A DNA stretch of 64,000 nucleotides from an uncultured Collinsella sp. (GTDB lineage: Bacteria > Actinomycetota > Coriobacteriia > Coriobacteriales > Coriobacteriaceae). The notes under the pieces were generated by a model that was not told where the DNA came from, did not search any database, and saw only the letters and a program-made list of their open reading frames with translations. The DNA lies in the NCBI GenBank assembly GCA_902478835.1, contig CABSMU010000009.1, positions 2,214 through 66,213 of the forward strand. The letters run 5' to 3'. The position numbers were made by a program, and so were the translations under genes. Positions 30,261 to 41,102 of the stretch are shown here, in pieces; within the stretch, counting starts at the first letter, position 1, and each line of letters opens with the position of its first letter.

Positions 30261-31517
30261 ATGCTCAACCATCTCAAACAACACTTTGGCTCCCGACGCA
30301 CCGGTGGTCACGGAGGCCTAGACATTGCGCGGCATATCGGCCCCGGGCTGCTCGTGACCGTCGGCTTTATCGACCCGGGCAACTGGGCCTCCAATATGGC
30401 CGCGGGCTCGCAGTTTGGCTACGCGCTGCTGTGGATCGTCACGCTGTCCACGATTATGCTCATCGTGCTGCAGCACAACGCGGCGCACCTGGGTATCGCC
30501 ACGGGCGCCTGCCTTGCCGAGGCCACGACACGTTACCTCCCCCGCTTCGTCGGGCGCACGGTGCTCGCCAGTGCCTATCTCGCGACCATCGCCACCGCCA
30601 TGGCCGAGGTCCTGGGCGGCGCGATTGCCCTTCAAATGCTCTTTGGGCTGCCCGTGCGCGCGGGCTGTGTCATCGTGGCGGCAGTATCGATGGCGATGCT
30701 CATGACGAACTCCTACAAGCATGCCGAACGCTGGATCATCGCCTTCGTAGGCGTGGTAGGACTCTCGTTTTTGGCCGAGCTTGCACTAGTCAAGGTCGAC
30801 TGGCCGCAAGCCGCCGCAAGCTGGATCACGCCCAGTATGCCCACTGGCTCTGCCGCGATTATCGTGAGTGTCCTGGGTGCGGTCGTTATGCCACACAACC
30901 TTTTTCTGCACTCCGAGGTCATCCAATCCATGCACTTCGAAGGCCAAGGCGAGCAGGTTATCGAAGAACGTCTGCGCTACGAGCTCTTCGACACGCTCTT
31001 TTCGATGGGCGTGGGCTGGGCAATCAACTCGGCCATGGTCATCCTGGCCGCAACGACCTTCTTTGCGCACGGCATGGTCGTAGACGACCTCGCCGTCGCA
31101 GCGGCCACGCTCTCCCCCATTCTGGGCCCGGCGAGCTCGACCATCTTTGCGGTAGCGCTGCTGTTCGCGGGACTATCGAGCAGCGTGACAGCGGGCATGG
31201 CGGCGGGAACCATCACTGCGGGCATGTTCGACGAGGAATACGATATCCACGACCGACATTCCTCGATCGGGGTGGCGGCCTGTTTCGTCGGCGCAGTGAC
31301 GGCGTGCCTGGTCGTCCCAAATCCTTTTGAAGGTCTCATCTGGAGTCAGGCACTGCTGTCGCTTCAACTGCCGATTACGGTCTTTGTGCTCATACGGCTC
31401 ACCAGTTCACCCCGCGTCATGGGCAAATTCGCCAACTCGCGTCCACTCAACGCGCTGCTTGTAGGGATCGGTGCCATCGTGACGATTCTCGATGTCGTGT
31501 TGTTGACAGGGATGTAA
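30261..31517 (+). CDS. mntH: Nramp-family divalent metal (Mn2+/Fe2+) transporter
   Basis: DPGNWASNMAAGSQFGY and MPHNLFLHSE are signature Nramp motifs; about 11 TM segments. Start at ATG 30261 has an AGGAG RBS. Confidence 0.9.
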   Translation: MLNHLKQHFGSRRTGGHGGLDIARHIGPGLLVTVGFIDPGNWASNMAAGSQFGYALLWIVTLSTIMLIVLQHNAAHLGIATGACLAEATTRYLPRFVGRTVLASAYLATIATAMAEVLGGAIALQMLFGLPVRAGCVIVAAVSMAMLMTNSYKHAERWIIAFVGVVGLSFLAELALVKVDWPQAAASWITPSMPTGSAAIIVSVLGAVVMPHNLFLHSEVIQSMHFEGQGEQVIEERLRYELFDTLFSMGVGWAINSAMVILAATTFFAHGMVVDDLAVAAATLSPILGPASSTIFAVALLFAGLSSSVTAGMAAGTITAGMFDEEYDIHDRHSSIGVAACFVGAVTACLVVPNPFEGLIWSQALLSLQLPITVFVLIRLTSSPRVMGKFANSRPLNALLVGIGAIVTILDVVLLTGM

Positions 31518-31544
31518 TGGGACGGGGCACCTACCCAGGCAAAC

Positions 31545-31840
31545 GTCTCGATCTGTAACAGGAAGACCCGCTTTTGATGTCTAGATGTTACAGATCGAGA
31601 TCATTCCGAGGGACAGCTCCGTTTGTCTCAATCTGTAACACGTAGACCCCGTTTTCACTGTTAGATGTTACTGATTGAGATCTTTTGCCGGACGGTTTTG
31701 GTTTGTCTCGATATGTAACAAGTGGGCCCAATTTCCACTTCTAGATGTTACAGATCGAGACATTTCTTCAGCTCCAACCTTTTGTCTTAATCGGTAACAG
31801 ATAGACCCGTTTTGAGCCGTTAGATGTTACAGATTTAGAC
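31545..31840. repeat. Array of 4 x 57-nt palindromic units, 79-80-bp period
   Basis: Units at 31545..31601, 31625..31681, 31705..31761 and 31784..31840. Confidence 0.9.
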
Positions 31841-31910
31841 AAAAGGTCGGCCGGATTCACGACAGTCATGGTCGGCTAACAGCAGCCGTAATCCCTTGGG
31901 GACGGAGGAA

Positions 31911-31945
31911 AAGGGTCCCGGCCGGGATATCCGACCGGGACCCTT
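31911..31945 (-). terminator. Terminator after the rubredoxin gene
   Basis: AAGGGTCCCGGCCGG-gatat-CCGACCGGGACCCTT, followed on the minus strand by TTTTCCTCC. Confidence 0.7.
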
Positions 31946-31984
31946 GGACAGAGCTATGTTCGGCTTTCGCCGTGTGCCTGAGAG

Positions 31985-32128
31985 TTACTCCTCGACGAGC
32001 TCGAACTCATCGGGGCCGACGCCGCAGACCGGGCACACGTAGTCCTCGGGCAGCTCGGGCGTATCGACCTCAACCTCGTAACCGCAAACGATGCACACGA
32101 ACTTATACGTCTTCTTCTCCTCAGCCAT
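31985..32128 (-). CDS. Rubredoxin
   Basis: 47-aa [20 protein letters not shown]...[14 protein letters not shown] with two CxxC pairs. The RBS is GAGAGGAGAA. Confidence 0.85.
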   Translation of the reverse strand: MAEEKKTYKFVCIVCGYEVEVDTPELPEDYVCPVCGVGPDEFELVEE

Positions 32129-32217
32129 GATGTTCTCCTCTCGAACGCGACCGGTGATGTACTTCATCTATTAGTATAGATTCTCAATAATATAATGCAA
32201 GTATTTTTAAAACATTT

Positions 32218-32721
32218 CTAGCCTTGATACGAGGACGCCTTCGGAGGCGTCTTGCCCTTCAGGACCTTATGGTAGTAATCGTAGGTGAGCGGCGTCTCGT
32301 CGCTCAGGCGCTCGGCATCCTCGACCTCGCCGATAAACAGTAGATGCGTGCCCGCATCCACAGTGTCGATCAAACGGCAGCTAAACAAGGCCGTCGCGTG
32401 CTCGGGCACATAGGGCATGCCCAGAGCCGTCTCGCGGGTCTCGTATTTGGCAAACTTGTCATAATCGCTGCTGGTGCGGAACCCAAAGTTGCCGATATAG
32501 AGCATGTCGGCGGTCTGATCGATCACAGTCAGCGCGAACGCTTTGGCCGATGCGATGACGCCCGAGGTGACGTTGTCCTTGTTCACGGCAACCGAAATGC
32601 GCGGCGGCATGGACGTCACCTGCACCGCTGTGTTGATAACGCAGCCGGCGCGCAGCCCGTCTGCCGCGGCGCTCACCACGTACAGACCGCTCGGCATGGT
32701 AAAGAACGCAGTTTTGTCCAT
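32218..32721 (-). CDS. Flavin reductase-like (FMN-binding split-barrel) protein
   Basis: MDKTAFFTMPSGLYVVSAA...GTHLLFIGEVEDA is typical of the flavin reductase/DIM6-NTAB family. Start set at Met 32721 inside ORF 32218..32913. Confidence 0.65.
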   Translation of the reverse strand: MDKTAFFTMPSGLYVVSAAADGLRAGCVINTAVQVTSMPPRISVAVNKDNVTSGVIASAKAFALTVIDQTADMLYIGNFGFRTSSDYDKFAKYETRETALGMPYVPEHATALFSCRLIDTVDAGTHLLFIGEVEDAERLSDETPLTYDYYHKVLKGKTPPKASSYQG

Positions 32722-32848
32722 AACGATCACTCCCCTAGCTCGGGTTGGAACCTCATGGATGTATGTACCCACAAAAAAGGCAGCGCCCATAACGGACGCC
32801 GCCTTTGAAACATATGTGTCAGAACAGTAAGAAAGATGAGACACCCGC

Positions 32849-32915
32849 AGTTGCGGTGAAATAGGGACTGAATAGCCCCTCAAACAGGCAAAACAGTCCG
32901 TATTCCATCGCAACT
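32849..32915. repeat. Hairpin of the AGTTGCGGTGAAATAGGGACTG repeat family
   Basis: Arms at 32849..32870 and 32894..32915 are 19/22 complementary. A second copy lies at 46641..46707. Confidence 0.75.
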
Positions 32916-32927
32916 TATACAGAGCAC

Positions 32928-33398
32928 CTAGCGGTTGCGTTCCTTGAGGGCGCGGTCGATCTCGCGTTGGACATCACGCTTGGCCATGTCCTCGCGCTTG
33001 TCGTAGAGCTTCTTGCCGCGACCCAGGCCCAGCAGCAATTTTACGCGACCGTCGGTATTAAAGTAGAGTTCCAACGGAACCAGCGCATAACCACGGTTGC
33101 GAAGTTTGCCGTCAAGAAAGTCGATCTCCTTGCGGTGCAGCAGCAGACGGCGCCGACGGTCGGGATCGCGATTCCACACGCCACCATGGCTATAAGGGTG
33201 GATATGCAGGCCGACGAGCCAGCACTCCCCGCCACGAATCAGTGCAAAGGTATCGGTAATCTGGCACGCGCGCTCGCGAATCGACTTGACCTCGGTACCG
33301 CTCAGCTCAATACCGCACTCAAATGTCTCATCGATAAAGTACTCGTGATGTGCCGAGCGATTCTTGGAAATGAGCTTGCGCTCGCGCTTACTGGGCAT
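32928..33398 (-). CDS. smpB: SsrA-binding protein
   Basis: KLISKNRSAHHEYFIDETFECGIELSGTEVKSIR...LLLHRKEI...GYALVPLELYF. Start set at MPSKRERK (33398). Confidence 0.9.
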   Translation of the reverse strand: MPSKRERKLISKNRSAHHEYFIDETFECGIELSGTEVKSIRERACQITDTFALIRGGECWLVGLHIHPYSHGGVWNRDPDRRRRLLLHRKEIDFLDGKLRNRGYALVPLELYFNTDGRVKLLLGLGRGKKLYDKREDMAKRDVQREIDRALKERNR

Positions 33399-34305
33399 CG
33401 CCGGCCTCCTTGGCGCCATCGGCGTTTGAGCCCGCAGCCTCGCGCTTTGCCCTGCGCTCGGCATTAAGCTCGGCATCACTCTCGCGCACCAGCTTGATAA
33501 TCGCCGCGCATGCCTCCTCGCCCACCAGGTCGCGGGCACGGACCGTCAGACGCGTAGCCTCCTGCTTGTCGCCGTCGCTTGCAGCATCGGTCGCGCACAT
33601 GATCAGGCAGATGGCGATCTCGGCCGAAGGCGAGGTCGGCACGCCCTGCAGGGCGAGCTCACCCATCACATGGTCGTCACTCTCGTCCGCGGCATCCGGA
33701 TAGGTGGTATGGATCTTGTTGAGCAGGCGCGTCGTATGCGCATCATTGGGCGCCAGGCGCAGCGCCAGACGCGCGCAGCCCACGGCAGCCGAAATGTTCT
33801 CGGTCTCGGGCTCCAAGAAGTACTGACCCAAGTTGGTGTAGGCGCGTGCGGCGCACTTACCGTCGCTCGCGCGCTCCAGCACCGAGAACGAGAGCGATGC
33901 CCACTCCTGCTTGTCCTCAAGCGCGCGGAACAGCTCGGCCAAGTCCAAGCGATAGTTGCAGTTCATGGGATCCCAACGCACGGCCTGCATCAGGGCATTC
34001 CGAGCACTCACATAATCCTGCTGGCGAATGTAGGCAAACGCCATGTCAGAGTACAGGCGATCAAACGGCACCTCGACCTGCACCAGCTCGCGCGGATCCT
34101 TCTCCACGCGGCGATAGGCCAAGCGCTCAAACTTGCTATCAAAGCTAAAGTATTGGCGCTTCTCCTCCGTCTTGCACTCAGCATCAATATACTCCTCGGC
34201 GAGCTCCACCAGACGCTCCAGCAGCGGCGTCGCCGTAGCCAGGTCGCCCTGCGCCAGATAGTTCTCGGCATACGTGATGTCTTGCAAGCTGATGGGCAGA
34301 TCCAT
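33388..34305 (-). CDS. TPR-like repeat protein, function unknown
   Basis: Helical repeat composition (YAENYLAQGDLATATPLLERL, YIRQQDYVSARNALMQAVRWDP). Start at MDLPISL is uncertain. It overlaps the smpB start by 11 nt. Confidence 0.5.
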   Translation of the reverse strand: MDLPISLQDITYAENYLAQGDLATATPLLERLVELAEEYIDAECKTEEKRQYFSFDSKFERLAYRRVEKDPRELVQVEVPFDRLYSDMAFAYIRQQDYVSARNALMQAVRWDPMNCNYRLDLAELFRALEDKQEWASLSFSVLERASDGKCAARAYTNLGQYFLEPETENISAAVGCARLALRLAPNDAHTTRLLNKIHTTYPDAADESDDHVMGELALQGVPTSPSAEIAICLIMCATDAASDGDKQEATRLTVRARDLVGEEACAAIIKLVRESDAELNAERRAKREAAGSNADGAKEAGDAQ

Positions 34306-34399
34306 GGCTACTCCTCGATCTGAGCGAAACACGGCAGGCGCCGTATATACGGTCAATACACAAAACCCGGGTCTCTTACGAGGCCCGGGCGTTCAATTT

Positions 34400-34476
34400 T
34401 GGTAGCCCGTACCAGATTCGAACTGGTGATCTCCGCCTTGAGAGGGCGGCGTCCTAAACCGCTAGACGAACGGGCC
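34400..34476 (-). tRNA. tRNA-Glu (anticodon CUC), CCA encoded
   Basis: Manual fold: GGCCCGT/TC/GTCT-AGCGGTTTA-GGAC/G/CCGCC-CTCTCAA-GGCGG/AGATC/ACCAG-TTCGAAT-CTGGT/ACGGGCT/A-CCA. Confidence 0.85.
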
Positions 34477-34493
34477 ATATGTAGCAAATGCAA

Positions 34494-34567
34494 TGGCTGG
34501 GATGGAGGGAGTCGAACCCCCATTGACGGAACCAGAATCCGCTGTCCTGCCATTAGACGACATCCCA
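34494..34567 (-). tRNA. tRNA-Gln (anticodon CUG), CCA encoded
   Basis: Manual fold: TGGGATG acceptor pairs with CATCCCA. The anticodon arm is GCGGA-TTCTGGT-TCCGT and the T-arm is GGGGG-TTCGACT-CCCTC. Confidence 0.85.
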
Positions 34568-34833
34568 ATGACTGCATCGCTGCGCTCGGCTGTGCCTTTG
34601 CGCAAGAAAGAAATATACGGGAAGTCCGGCCGTGACGCAAGCCCCAATTTTGACTTTTTTGAAATTCAGTCAAATACGGCCAACACGTGAAGGACCTGTG
34701 AAGTCGACCGCTGCACACGAAGGGCAAAACGCCGCGAGCGGTAGCCATCAACCGTTGGCAGATTCTACCGCGAAAACGATAGCACCACGCAACACAATCG
34801 AAGTATCAATGATCACGTAGATATCGAGGCGCC

Positions 34834-35244
34834 ATGGACGAAGAGCTTGATTACCTATGGGAGACCCTGGGCCTCGAGATCACTGCTGACCTTTGGCCCG
34901 AACGGGACAAAATCCATCCCACTCTGCGCCCCGCCATCACGGTGATGCAGGCAAAATACCGCCGTGCATCCTTTTTGATCATGCGGATGTCATGGCACGC
35001 GGGACTCCCCGACCTTAAGCGAATCCAGGCAAGCCTCGTCGAGCTGTCCGGTATGCCGACCGTCATATCCGAGGCGCACCTGGAGCAGCGCCAGCGCGAG
35101 CGACTGCAACAGCAGCGGATCCCCTTTATCTGCCCCGGCGTTCAGGCATATCTGCCCTTTATGGACGAGGAGTACTGGAGCGGCAAGCCCAACAAGCACG
35201 TAAAGGTCTACGATCCGCACGAATGGGCACAGCTCAAGGATTGA
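34834..35244 (+). CDS. Hypothetical protein
   Basis: 136-aa ORF, the only plus-strand gene in this neighbourhood. I recognise no motif. Confidence 0.45.
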   Translation: MDEELDYLWETLGLEITADLWPERDKIHPTLRPAITVMQAKYRRASFLIMRMSWHAGLPDLKRIQASLVELSGMPTVISEAHLEQRQRERLQQQRIPFICPGVQAYLPFMDEEYWSGKPNKHVKVYDPHEWAQLKD

Positions 35245-35316
35245 GCCGAGCGAGCCCGCCGATGGAAAACACGTCCCACCCTGAGCGCTCAAAACGGGTC
35301 GCACTTTCCGCAGCCG

Positions 35317-35676
35317 CTACAGCAACGCCTCGGCCCAAGCCGATTCCCTAAAGCCAGGAATCGCAAAGTCGTCGCCCACCAGCAGTGGGCGCTTAACCAG
35401 CATGCCGTCGGTCGCCAGCAGCTCGTAGCACCCCCGATCCGTCATGCCCGCATCCAGACGCGCCTTCAGGCCCAGCTCTCGATATTTCATGCCCGACGAA
35501 TTAAAGAAGCGCCGCACCGGCAGCCCCGAACGAGCAATCCAGGTCGCAAGCTCATCAGCCGTGGGATTGTCCAAAACGATATCGCGGTCGATATACTCTA
35601 CCCCGTGTTCGTCCAGCCATGCCTTGGCCTTCTTACAGGTCGAGCACTTGGGATATTCAACAAACAGTACGGTCAT
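35317..35676 (-). CDS. ArsC/Spx-family (thioredoxin-fold) protein
   Basis: MTVLFVEYPKCSTCKKAKAWLDEHGVEY...LVKRPLL. The RBS is GGAGGA. Start set at 35676 inside ORF 35317..35769. Confidence 0.75.
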   Translation of the reverse strand: MTVLFVEYPKCSTCKKAKAWLDEHGVEYIDRDIVLDNPTADELATWIARSGLPVRRFFNSSGMKYRELGLKARLDAGMTDRGCYELLATDGMLVKRPLLVGDDFAIPGFRESAWAEALL

Positions 35677-35768
35677 GGGAATCCTCCGAATATAGATCGG
35701 CCAACGCAGGCACACGCCACACGAGGCGCCTTCGCATGATGGGCCAATTGTAGCCCACGGGTCACACA

Positions 35769-36821
35769 CTAAACGAACCGTACCCCGAATCCGCGTTTGA
35801 TGAACGGCAGCAGCTCCATTGCCTCGGGCGTGATATGACCCGCAACGTTCATGCGCTCGTCACCGGGAAGATCGACCCGCGCAATCTCAAGCTCGCCTTC
35901 GTAGCGCCCATAGCCGCTATTGCTCACAGCGATCGACCCCGCCTTTCGAAACAGGCCGGCACCGGCATCCGTCGGCACGGAATCCGGCTTAAGCGTCGTA
36001 CGCGACTCCTGAGACCTAAAGATGAGGGTGCTCGAATCGGGCCGGTCGTGATGAATCTGCCCACGTACATAGGCATAACCGGGCTCAAGCTCGCATTGCA
36101 AGTCCACGTATCCGGCGGAAACTTGAGCAAACTGCGCCCAGCCCGCATCGGAAAGATCGGGGTCGCCGACCAACACAATGTCGCAATCGGCGCCATGTGC
36201 AAGCTCAAGCATGTTGAGGGCAACCTTTGACGCGCGACCGCGCTGCGCCTCGACCGTCGGCAGTCCCTCGAATACCGGCCCGCGAACGTTAGCATCACCC
36301 GGCACAAAAGCCATGATTTCGAATCCAAGCGCCGCAAGACGAAGATTCACCCGAGCAATGTCCTCCAGAGCTAAACCGGTATAAGGCTTGGGGTAAAAAT
36401 TGTGGCAGGCGGCAAAACGAGTCACATCGGCACCGGCCTCACGCCACGATGCGATTTCATCAGAACTCACCGTCGATGCATTGACCACAATGCGAAATAC
36501 ACCGGACAGCTCCGCGACCCGCTGGGCGCTAAAGCCATAGTCCAAACGAAGGTATTCCAACCCCAGATCGCGCAGGTCCTCGATGCGCTCAAGCCCGAGC
36601 AAATCGCACGTGCGAGGCCCCACATCGGCAATGAGCGCAATGCCGCGGGCGGAAAGCAGCGACAGCACATGACGGACCTTATCGGCATACGCCGCTCCCC
36701 CATCCTCGGGAATATGCAGCGAGGTGAACGCATAGCGCGCACCCGCCGCGGCACCACGCTCAATTGTCCGCTCAATATCCTGCAGAGGGCTGGAAAGATA
36801 AATCGAAATACCCGTTTTCAC
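35769..36821 (-). CDS. mupG: DUF871/MupG-family 6-phospho-N-acetylmuramidase
   Basis: 350 aa, MKTGISIYLSS...FTSLHIPED is typical of DUF871. Lies in an operon context with murP, murQ and murR. Confidence 0.7.
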   Translation of the reverse strand: MKTGISIYLSSPLQDIERTIERGAAAGARYAFTSLHIPEDGGAAYADKVRHVLSLLSARGIALIADVGPRTCDLLGLERIEDLRDLGLEYLRLDYGFSAQRVAELSGVFRIVVNASTVSSDEIASWREAGADVTRFAACHNFYPKPYTGLALEDIARVNLRLAALGFEIMAFVPGDANVRGPVFEGLPTVEAQRGRASKVALNMLELAHGADCDIVLVGDPDLSDAGWAQFAQVSAGYVDLQCELEPGYAYVRGQIHHDRPDSSTLIFRSQESRTTLKPDSVPTDAGAGLFRKAGSIAVSNSGYGRYEGELEIARVDLPGDERMNVAGHITPEAMELLPFIKRGFGVRFV

Positions 36822-36938
36822 GCTTCAACACTCCTTTAAAAAAGGCCGGCGGAGCAGTTAGCCCCGCCGGCACAACCATAGCATCAAGAAATCTGCCGCG
36901 CGCCGCGAGCCCTGAGCAACACGGCTCGCGATATCAAA

Positions 36939-38369
36939 CTACTCGCCAAAGAACTCGTCGATCTTCTGCTCGTCGACGCCAAAGAACCACGTCAGGACAA
37001 AGCCGGCGGCATAGGCAAGCAGCATAGCGGCAACGTAGCCGAGCTGCTGGCCAGGAACGACGATCAGCAGGCCAAACAGACCGGAAACGCCCTGAGAAAC
37101 CGTGCCGATGTGAAGCAGCGCCGCGAGCGCGCCGCCAAATCCGGCACCCAGGCAGGCCGTCACAAACGGACGAACGAGCGGCAGCGTAACGGCATACATC
37201 AGAGGCTCGCCCACACCGAGGATTCCAACGGGAATGGACTCTGCGACGTACTTCTTGAGCTTGGCGTTCTTGGTCTTAAAGTACAGCGCCAGACCGGCAC
37301 CGACCTGACCGCCGCCAGCCATCATAAGGATGGGGAGCAGGTAATTGATGCCCTTGGTAGCGCCGTCGGGATCGTTGAGCATAGCGTGGATCGGCGTGAG
37401 CGCCTGATGCAGGCCGACGGAAACCAGCGGCAAGAAGCCTGCCGACAGGATATAGCCGCCCAGGACGCCCAGCTTCTCGAAGATAAAGGTCAAAACGCTA
37501 AAGATGGCAGTCGTCAGCCATGCGCCAACCGGCTGGATGACGAGCATCAGAGCAAAGGCGCCGATGATGAGCACCAGCAGCGGGGACAAGAACGTGTCGA
37601 GCGCGTTGGGCATAACCTTGCGAATCTGACGCTCCATCCAGGCAAAAAATGCGCCAGCGATAAGAGCCGCGATCATGCCGCCCGCTGCGGGGTTGTACTG
37701 CGCATTGGTGAGCGGCAGCAGAATGGCAGTGGCAGGATCGGCCGCGCCAGGCGCAAGCAGGGGCATGGCACTGTTGGCGATACACATCATGCCGGCGATG
37801 CCGCCCAGCGCAGCGGAGCCACCAAACTCACGTGCCGCGTTATAGCCCACCAAGATGGGCAGATAGGCAAACAGGGCCCAGCCCATGGAACGAATGCCCT
37901 GGTACCACCACTCGCCCGCAAGCGCGCCTGCCGTCGAGACGTTAATGACGTTGCAGATACCGTTGATGAGGCCAGCCGCAATGATGCCGGGAAGCAGGGC
38001 GACGAAGACATTGGAAATCTTCTTGAGGAAGGCCTGAACCGGCTTGGACTCGTACTTTGCCTTCTGCGCGGCCTTGTTTGTGACCGCAGCGTCGACCACG
38101 CTCTCGTCAGCAACGCCTTTCGCAAGGCCGGTGAGCTTGGAGAACTCTTCGAGCACCTTATTCACCTTGCCCGGCCCCAGCACGATCTGCATCGTGTCGT
38201 CCTCGACTAGGCCCATCACGCCGTCGAGTGCCTTAATGCCCTCCGTGTCGACGTTGCCCGCGTCTTTGACGGTCACGCGCAGGCGCGTCATGCACGCCGC
38301 GTTTGCCAGCACGTTGTCTTTACCGCCCAAAAGGTCCAGCAGCTTTTGAGCCAGCTCTTTGTTCGTCAC
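36939..38369 (-). CDS. murP: PTS EIIBC component, N-acetylmuramic acid-type
   Basis: N-terminal EIIB domain with ACMTRLRV, followed by a polytopic EIIC. It is adjacent to murQ. Confidence 0.75.
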   Translation of the reverse strand: MTNKELAQKLLDLLGGKDNVLANAACMTRLRVTVKDAGNVDTEGIKALDGVMGLVEDDTMQIVLGPGKVNKVLEEFSKLTGLAKGVADESVVDAAVTNKAAQKAKYESKPVQAFLKKISNVFVALLPGIIAAGLINGICNVINVSTAGALAGEWWYQGIRSMGWALFAYLPILVGYNAAREFGGSAALGGIAGMMCIANSAMPLLAPGAADPATAILLPLTNAQYNPAAGGMIAALIAGAFFAWMERQIRKVMPNALDTFLSPLLVLIIGAFALMLVIQPVGAWLTTAIFSVLTFIFEKLGVLGGYILSAGFLPLVSVGLHQALTPIHAMLNDPDGATKGINYLLPILMMAGGGQVGAGLALYFKTKNAKLKKYVAESIPVGILGVGEPLMYAVTLPLVRPFVTACLGAGFGGALAALLHIGTVSQGVSGLFGLLIVVPGQQLGYVAAMLLAYAAGFVLTWFFGVDEQKIDEFFGE

Positions 38370-38426
38370 AACTCCTCCTTGTATTGGGTATCTCGTCTGG
38401 ATGTCATATCAGCTCACGCCGTACAC

Positions 38427-39350
<924 letters not shown>

Positions 39351-39360
39351 TTCATTCACC

Positions 39361-40212
39361 TCATCTTTCCTGTTTCTCGATGTAGTTTTGCTTAATGACA
39401 TGCGTCGCTCGTTCGTAGTCGCTGGCAACGTAAGCAGCGTACAGGGCATCGACAACCATAAGCTGGGCCATACGCGAAGCCATGGCACCGCTGCGGACCA
39501 AGGGCTCACTCGCAGCGACGCCGAGCACGGCATCGGCCATGGTGGCAAGCTTGGATGATCCATCTACTTTGGTCGCGGCCACAACGGGACAGTTGTGACG
39601 TTGGGCCTCGGCGGTGCAGTCCAGCACCTCTTGTGTCAAGCCCGAGTAGCTAAAGGCGATTGCCATATCGCCCTCATGCATGTTCTTGGCACACAAGAGC
39701 TGATCATGCCAGTCGTCGTACAGATGGCACTCTTTGTCGACACGCATGAGCTTTTGCGCCAGATCGTGCGCGACCAAACGAGAGGCACCAATACCGAACA
39801 GATTGACCGCGCGTGCCCGCTTAAGATAGGCCGCACATCGCTCCAAGACGGTGTAATCGAGCGTTCGCGCCGTCGCTTCGATCGTGCGCACGTTGCTTTT
39901 CATCACCTTCCCCACGATACGTTCGACGCTGTCATCCATGGAGATGTCCTCGAGGGCAACGTCTTTCTTGTCACCCAAGAGCGCCAGCTCGGCAATCAGT
40001 TCGCGCTGGAACTCCTTGTAGCCCGCAAAACCCAAGCGCTTGCAAAAGCGCAAAATGCTCGAGGGCGAGGAGAACGTGGCATCGGCAAGACCGCGGACGG
40101 ACAGCCCGACCACCTCGTGCGGATGAGCGCTTACATATGCGATGACATTGCGTTCCGCCGGGCTCGCGCTGAGCTCACGCTCGCGAAGCCGCAAAAGCAA
40201 TCCGTTTGCCAT
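39361..40212 (-). CDS. murR: RpiR/MurR-family transcriptional regulator (HTH + SIS)
   Basis: N-terminal HTH_6 (SPSSILRFCKRLGFAGYKEFQ) and a C-terminal SIS domain. Start at ATG 40212 follows GGAGGTG. Confidence 0.8.
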   Translation of the reverse strand: MANGLLLRLRERELSASPAERNVIAYVSAHPHEVVGLSVRGLADATFSSPSSILRFCKRLGFAGYKEFQRELIAELALLGDKKDVALEDISMDDSVERIVGKVMKSNVRTIEATARTLDYTVLERCAAYLKRARAVNLFGIGASRLVAHDLAQKLMRVDKECHLYDDWHDQLLCAKNMHEGDMAIAFSYSGLTQEVLDCTAEAQRHNCPVVAATKVDGSSKLATMADAVLGVAASEPLVRSGAMASRMAQLMVVDALYAAYVASDYERATHVIKQNYIEKQER

Positions 40213-40416
40213 CTCAAACACCTCCGTTGAGAAGAATTAAAGACCAACGAACGATTCGTACCGGATATAAACAGCTTTTACGGTACATTGTGCCGCATCG
40301 TGGCGCACAAAGGGCGAGCGTTCTACCGCTCGCCCCTCAAATCCGACCGCTCGGAAATACGCGCGACACAAAATAATTCAACAAGGTCGCATTATCAGAA
40401 ACGGGTTTGTTACCGG

Positions 40417-40998
40417 CTAGCGCCTCGCATGAGCGCCGATGGGTCGCGTCGCGTGGTGCACCCATGCGGAGACCAGCAATACCAGCAGCATCGCGGTGAC
40501 ATAGCCCGCAGCATCGAATCCTAAATCGGTAACGTCGAAATGCCTGCCGGGAACAAAGATCTTATGCACCTGATCGCCAATGGAGCAGGCGGCGCAAAAT
40601 AGCAATACGGGCAGGCAACGGGAGCATACGCTCCACGGACGCCTGGAAAAGCAAACCACGACCACCGAGGCGAACAATCCGACGAAGAAAAACTCTACGG
40701 TATGGGCAACGCGACGGACGTTCGTGCCCACCCACATGCGAATGGAAGCAAGTCGGCCAGACCGTACATTCGAGGCAGCCGAATCGGTGCCCCCGGTCAT
40801 TCCGTTCTCCGTCTGAGCTTCACCCGCGACATCGGCAGCCTGTACGCCCGTAGCTTGACCCTCCACCACACGCGCGGTGGACTCGCTCAGCAACGACGTC
40901 TCCACCGCATTTTGCTCCGTCAGCACCCAGATGCCCGCCAGCGTTGCAGCGAACAGAACGATCGCGGTCCATCCGATTATTTGTTTTACGCGCGCCAA
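40417..40998 (-). CDS. VanZ-family membrane protein
   Basis: HTVEFFFVGL...DQVHKIFVPGRHFDVTDLGFDAAGY. TTG start at 40998 lies 7 nt after AAGGAGG; the ORF track opens at 41040. Confidence 0.65.
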   Translation of the reverse strand: MARVKQIIGWTAIVLFAATLAGIWVLTEQNAVETSLLSESTARVVEGQATGVQAADVAGEAQTENGMTGGTDSAASNVRSGRLASIRMWVGTNVRRVAHTVEFFFVGLFASVVVVCFSRRPWSVCSRCLPVLLFCAACSIGDQVHKIFVPGRHFDVTDLGFDAAGYVTAMLLVLLVSAWVHHATRPIGAHARR

Positions 40999-41102
40999 GG
41001 GCCTACCTCCTTTTTTGAATATCAGCGAGTGTAGCCCCAAATGACATCGTCACCGTATCAAAATTTGAATCGCAACAGGAAGCGACAAAGCGACGCAAAC
41101 CC

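Noticed and set aside
32928-34400. tmRNA (ssrA) expected next to smpB
   Set aside because: No tRNA-Ala-like acceptor/T-arm with a tag-reading frame was found in the flanking intergenic regions. The only tRNA-like sequences are the Glu and Gln tRNAs.
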